The translations under genes and the position numbers were made by a program. A DNA stretch of 64,000 bases from Eledone cirrhosa (Eukaryota), in the NCBI GenBank assembly GCA_964016885.1, contig CAXHJY010001438.1:1-64000 (forward strand), written 5' to 3'. This document shows positions 52,080 to 64,000 of the stretch, piece by piece; position 1 is the first letter of the stretch, and the number at the start of each line of letters is the position of its first letter. Below the pieces are notes generated by a model, which made no database searches, had not been told where the DNA came from, and was given only the letters and a program-made list of their open reading frames with translations.

Positions 52080-52943
52080 GTTGGTAGTGGTGGTGGTGGT
52101 GTTGTTTGTGGTGATGGTGGTGTTGGTAGTGGTGATGGTGGTGTTGGTAGTGGTGATGGTGGTGGTGTTGGTAGTGGTGATGGTGTTGGTAGTGGTGATG
52201 GTGGTGTTGGTAGTGGTGATGGTGGTGGTGTTGGTAGTGGTGATGGTGGTGTTGTTTGTGGTGGTGATGGTGGTGTTGGTAGTGGTGATGGTGGTGGTGT
52301 TGGTAGTGGTGATGGTGGTGTTGTTTGTGGTGATGGTGGTGTTGGTAGTGGTGATGGTGGTGTTGGTAGTGGTGATGGTGGTGGTGTTGGTAGTGGTGGT
52401 GGTGTTGGTAGTGGTGATGGTGGTGTTGGTAGTGGTGATGGTGGTGTTGGTAGTGGTGATGGTGGTGGTGTTGGTAGTGGTGATGGTGGTGTTGTTTGTG
52501 GTGGTGATGGTGGTGTTGGTAGTGGTGATGGTGGTGTTGTTTGTGGTGATGGTGGTGGTGTTGGTAGTGGTGATGGTGGTGTTGGTAGTGGTGATGGTGG
52601 TGGTGTTGGTAGTGGTGATGGTGGTGGTGTTGGTAGTGGTGATGGTGTTGGTAGTGATGGTGGTGGTGTTGGTGTTGTTGGCAGTAGTAGAGGTGGTGGC
52701 GGTGCTGAAGTTGTTGTTGTTATTTGTGGTAGTGGTGGTGTTAGATGTGTTGTTGGTGGTAGTAATAGTAGTAGTGGTTGTTGTAGTAGTAGTAGTAGTG
52801 GTAATAGTAGTAGTGGTTGTAGTAGTAGTAGTAGTGGTGGTGATGGTAATAGTGGTGATGGTGGTGGTGGTGGTGATATGGTGTTGGTAGTGGTATTCGT
52901 GGTGATGGTAATAGTAGTAGTAGTGATGATGGTGGTGGTATGT

Positions 52944-52974
<31 letters not shown>

Positions 52975-54045
52975 GATGACGTCATGATGGTGGTGGTGCT
53001 GCTGCTGTTGGTGGTGTTGGCGACAGTAGTAGTCATGTGATTAAATGACAAGGTCAGTGAGTACATGCTTCATCAGCTATTCTCAGCCAGCAATTGAGAA
53101 AGCTAGGTGGCGCTAATGGTTGTCTGTTGTGAATGAGAAGCTGCACACGCGCACACATGCACATACACACACACACATGCACATACACACACACACACAC
53201 ACACATGCACACACACGTACAGACACACACAGGCACACACGCAAACACACACCTGCACATACATAAACACAGACGTACATACACATACAGGCACACACAG
53301 ATACACACATGCAACATACACACACACACACACCTGCACATACATACACAGACACACACACACATGCACATACATAGACATGCAGACGCACACACCTGTA
53401 CGTACACAGAAACACACGTACATACACACACACATGCACAGAGAAACATACATACACACACATACACACGCGCGCATACGTAAGCACACACGCACACATG
53501 CAAGCACACACGCGCACAGAGAGAGATAGAGATAGATAGATAGAGCGAGAGAGAGATGGACGGAGAGAGTGAGGAAAAGAGATAAAGAGAAGGATATAGT
53601 GAGAGAGTGAGAGAGAGAGAAATGGATGGTGAGGGAGAATTGGAGATAGAGAGAGAAAGGGAAATAAAAGGAGAGAAAGTGAGATAAAGAATGCGAGAGA
53701 GAAAAGAAGAGAAAGTGTGAGAGAGAGGAAGGAGAGAGAGAGAAAAAAAAGGAGAGAAAGTGTGTGTGTGACAGAGAGAGAGAGAGAGAGGCGGGGGTGG
53801 GGAGTGGGAATCGGTTGCACACACATAGACACACATACACACACACACAGAAACACACACACAGATACACACACACAGACACACACACACACACACACAC
53901 ACAGAAACACACACACAGATACACACACACATAGACACACACACACACACAGACACACACACACACACACACACACAGACACACATAGACACACAGATAC
54001 ACACACACACATAGACACACAGACACACACAGACAGACACACACA
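52080..54045. repeat. (GTG/GTA/ATG)n followed by CA- and GA-rich low-complexity DNA
   Basis: Direct reading. Confidence 0.9.
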
Positions 54046-54199
54046 AAACTCCCCAAACTGTGGAAGTTCTAATCAGAAAGACGACACGTATTAAAATAAA
54101 TATCTAGATTGTTTTAATCTATATATTTATATTGATACGTGTCTGGGATTCCTGATTGGAGGGTGGAGTGTCATTTGCTGGGCGAATCCTGTAAATTAT

Positions 54200-54275
<76 letters not shown>

Positions 54276-54392
54276 TCTATAAAGCTATGTTTGCTTATAT
54301 GTACATACATACATATATATATATATATATGTATGTACAAATGAAAGGATTACAAAGGAGAATATATACTGTTAGAAGATGTTTATACAAAA

Positions 54393-54433
54393 GCACCTAC
54401 GTACGTTTCGCCCGAAAAGGGTTTCTCAAGGGC
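54393..54433 (-). ncRNA. Minimal hammerhead, family O (U3-A8 core UUGAGAA)
   Basis: Minus strand: GCCC-TTGAGAA-ACCCTTTTCGGGC-GAAAC-GTAC-GTA-GGTGC. Confidence 0.7.
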
Positions 54434-54579
54434 ATACAAATGTAAAGAGTGTTCGGTACGGGACCCACGGGGGGGGGGGGGGTTAAGGTGATAATCACAT
54501 CAAAGTTCATTCTTAGTTCAAACAGGCATGCTGTTATTGCCACAGAGCAAATGTATGTATATATATATATATCTATATA

Positions 54580-54791
54580 TAGGAAAATATTTAACCCCGA
54601 CGGCAGAGCTCTAGCCGTTTCGACGGCTATTTCTGGACTAATAGTCTGGACTGTTAGTCCAGAAATAGCCGTCGAAACGGCTTGAGCTCTGCCGTCGGGT
54701 TAAATATTTTCCTATTACCACTCTACTACCCTAAGTATTGAGTACTCTGGTGCGTTATGGTCCACCTGGTTCCTTACCACACTTCCTTCGT

Positions 54792-54792
<1 letters not shown>
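54580..54792 (+). mobile_element. Family G fold-back, copy 2
   Basis: Palindrome 54579-54714; tail homologous to 21120-21204. Confidence 0.75.
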
Positions 54793-54822
<30 letters not shown>

Positions 54823-55300
54823 CTAGGGCGGGTAAAATTCCCGAGATCCATGACGAGTTCTCTCCAGCGGTCTCTGTCTCTCATTATTGCTGCCATGTCC
54901 TGCATCTCCAACAGACCAGTGTCTGTCCTTAGGGCATCAACATACGTTAACCTTGGTCTTCCTCTTCCAGTGTGTCCATGTAGGGGCTCCCACAGGAGCA
55001 CTGAGTGCAATGTCAACTCTGGATGTCGGTGAGCATGTCCAGCTAACCTCAGACTCCTCTGTGTCACTTTTGAGCTGACTTTTGGGAGGCTCCCATACAG
55101 CTCTGAGATTTTCATCCTCAGTGTATACTGATTAATGTTCAGAGCCATCCTCAGCAATCTCATGTAGCTCCCATCCACCATCTGAGTGAGGTTCTTGGTC
55201 ATGTCAGTGTCCAAGTCTCAGACTCATACAGCAGCACAGACTCCACTACAGCAATGAAGAGGCGGATTTCAAGACTTTACGAGGTCCGACTTCCACACCG
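54823..55300 (-). mobile_element. RTE-clade LINE ORF2 3' fragment
   Basis: DGSYMRLLRMALNI...ELYG..PKVS...LRLAGH..RH...LLWEP.HG..GRGRP..TYVD...RDRWR. Confidence 0.85.
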
Positions 55301-55429
55301 ATCTATATATAGATAGATAGATAGATAGATAGATGTGTGTGTATGCTCAAAACACATATATGTGTGTGTGTGAGAGAGAGAAGAGTCTATGAAACTATGT
55401 TTGTATACATATATATATATATATATATA

Positions 55430-55860
<431 letters not shown>

Positions 55861-55922
55861 TGTATTCTCAAGGTACGCAGATATTCATAAAGTATGTGTG
55901 TGAGAGTCTATAAAGCTATGTT

Positions 55923-55958
<36 letters not shown>

Positions 55959-56126
55959 GGAGGTGATATGTTGATTTAAAACTGCACTATCCACAAGTGT
56001 TTTTAGCCTTCATATCACGTCCTCCTGTTTTATCTGTTGAAAACACAAATATTATTGCATGATGATATTTGTTTTTGAAATGCGCATAATAAAATACATG
56101 GAACTCCTTTAAACATCTTTTGTTCT

Positions 56127-56183
<57 letters not shown>

Positions 56184-56186
<3 letters not shown>

Positions 56187-56311
56187 CGAAGGAAATGTGG
56201 TAAGGAACCAGGTGGACCATAACGCACCAAAGTACTTAGGGTAGTAGAGTGGGTAATAGGAACGAGTAGGACCCCGACGGCTGAGCTCAAGCCGTTTCAA
56301 CGGCTAATTCT
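56184..56311 (-). mobile_element. Family G, copy 3 (single arm)
   Basis: Reverse complement of 21065-21204. Confidence 0.75.
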
Positions 56312-56396
56312 AATATATATATATATATATGTGTGTATGTTTGTGTTTGTGTTTGTGTGTGTGTTTATTAAAAAAAAACATTATAAAGTATATGTT

Positions 56397-56455
<59 letters not shown>

Positions 56456-56461
<6 letters not shown>

Positions 56462-56660
56462 AAAAAGGGATGAAATCTCAACTCACCTTTTGAAAAGCAG
56501 AAGAACTGCGAAACCGGTAAAGGAACCAAATAAATATATATATTTAAAAAAAAAATAAGACTCCAGTTGCATTTCGATTTCATCCCTTTTTCTTTATACT
56601 TCCACTCGTGTAGGACACCTCGGTTATTTTTCATTTGTAAAAAAAAACCTCACTTTCTAA
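56456..56660 (+). mobile_element. Family P, copy 2; hammerhead at 56486-56523
   Basis: CCTT-TTGAAAA-GCAG-AAGAA-CTGC-GAAAC-CG-GTA-AAGG, with all three stems perfect. Confidence 0.85.
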
Positions 56661-56734
56661 TATATATATATATATAGATATATTATATATATCTATATAA
56701 ATCTCTATATATATATATATATATATATATAGTG

Positions 56735-56804
56735 TGTGTGGTATGTTTGCGTTTGTGTTTGTGTGTGTGTTTATTAAAAAAAAACATTAATAAAGGTATA
56801 TGTT

Positions 56805-56843
<39 letters not shown>

Positions 56844-56906
56844 ATGTTTGCGTTTGTGTTTGTGTGTGTGTTTATTAAAAAAAACATTAATAAAGGTATA
56901 TGTTTG

Positions 56907-56939
<33 letters not shown>

Positions 56940-57006
56940 ATGTTTGCGTTTGTGTTTGTGTGTGTGGTTATTAAAAAAAAAAACATTAATAAAGGTATAT
57001 GTTTGA

Positions 57007-57074
<68 letters not shown>

Positions 57075-57090
57075 TTATTAAAAAAAATGT
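56735..57090. repeat. ~95-bp tandem unit (GTATGTTTGCGTTTGTG...AAACATTAATAAAGGTATATGTTTG-(TA)n), 3-4 copies, plus one at 56330-56398
   Basis: Direct reading. Confidence 0.8.
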
Positions 57091-57189
57091 AAGTATAATA
57101 TACAAAAATATATATAAACCAGAACCTATTACAACAATCTTGTTGAAAACTGTTGGGTCTTTTCGCCGTCACCTCGGCACGCAGATGGT

Positions 57190-57370
57190 AATAATTGTTT
57201 CTACTTAGGCACAAGGCCAGCAATTACCCAGTGCATTACTGGTACTTTATTTTATCGACCCCGTAAGGATGAAAGGCAAAGTCAACCTCGGCGGGATTTG
57301 AACTCAGATCGTAAAAGACGTAACTATGCTGGAAAGCATGGCGTCCGACCCTCTACCGATACTGACAATA
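57190..57370 (-). mobile_element. Near full-length SINE
   Basis: Reverse complement of the 16606-16790 type. Confidence 0.85.
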
Positions 57371-57397
57371 CATGGTATAATAGAAGTTGATTTGTTT

Positions 57398-57464
<67 letters not shown>

Positions 57465-57468
57465 AATA

Positions 57469-57502
<34 letters not shown>

Positions 57503-57508
57503 CAAATA

Positions 57509-57550
<42 letters not shown>

Positions 57551-57571
57551 TATGTATAAATATACGTATAT

Positions 57572-57602
<31 letters not shown>

Positions 57603-57662
57603 AATATATAAATATATATATATATATAATATATATATATATAAATATATATGTATATATAT

Positions 57663-57696
<34 letters not shown>

Positions 57697-57707
57697 ATAT
57701 ATATATA

Positions 57708-57745
<38 letters not shown>

Positions 57746-57961
57746 TATATATATATTAATATATATATAATATATAATATATATAATATATATATAATAT
57801 ATATATAATATATATATAATATATATATAATATATATATAATATATATATAATATATATATAATATATATATAATATATATATAATATATATATAATATA
57901 TATATAATATATATATAATATATATATAACTATATATATAATATATATATAATATATATAT

Positions 57962-58004
<43 letters not shown>

Positions 58005-58033
58005 ATATATAGAAAGAAAGATAGGTAAATATA

Positions 58034-58378
58034 CACGGGTGTGTATGATTGTGTATAGAAGATTATATTAATAAGAGGAATTCCAACTTTGTCTGATTTA
58101 CTCGTTTTATTTACAATCCTTTAAAATTTATAATGGTATTATAATGAAATAGTATGGTAGAATATTAAATTCTAAGTGTTAATTGAACAAGTACATTCAT
58201 GCTTTCGCAATGAAAATTACAACCTTGAGTGTCACCACATATTATGAACCTGAAGATTGCGAAAGCATGAAAGTACTTGTTCAATTAACACTTATTTCAT
58301 TATAATACCATTATAAATTTTAAAGCATTGTAAATATAACGAGTAAATCAGACAAAGTTGGAATTCCTCTTATTAATA
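58034..58378. mobile_element. Family A fold-back; hammerhead at 58245-58283 (+)
   Basis: Left arm is the reverse complement of ~96-273. TGAAC-CTGAAGA-TTGCGAAAGCAT-GAAA-GTAC-TT-GTTCA. Confidence 0.85.
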
Positions 58379-58379
58379 T

Positions 58380-64000
<5,621 letters not shown>

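Overview
Non-genic, extremely microsatellite-rich eukaryotic DNA with no host exon recognised. The SINE family suggests an octopod cephalopod (inference). Most of the window is (TA)n, (TATG)n, (CA)n and (GTG)n simple repeat, so nearly all long ORFs in the track are artefacts. Recognisable elements: a 5'-truncated Tx1-like LINE (13960-15912) plus two 3' fragments in (GATA)n; a 5'-truncated Penelope-like element (PLE; RT + GIY-YIG, probably Naiad-type) with inverted hammerhead-bearing pLTRs (35834-38585); RTE fragments; many tRNA-SINE copies, one expanded into a 32/33-bp minisatellite; two Tc1/mariner-pogo MITE types; and a spliced SGNH-esterase pseudogene (12189-12984). The main finding is that many 100-500 bp unique islands between (TA)n tracts are PLE-type cassettes carrying type I hammerhead ribozymes. 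I count about 15 unrelated families with a complete core, including U3-A8, U4C and U4A core variants and 50-100 nt stem II domains. Many cassettes are fold-back palindromes whose pivot lies in or beside the ribozyme, and some sit in arrays between duplicated flanking sequences. All folds were read by eye and are untested.
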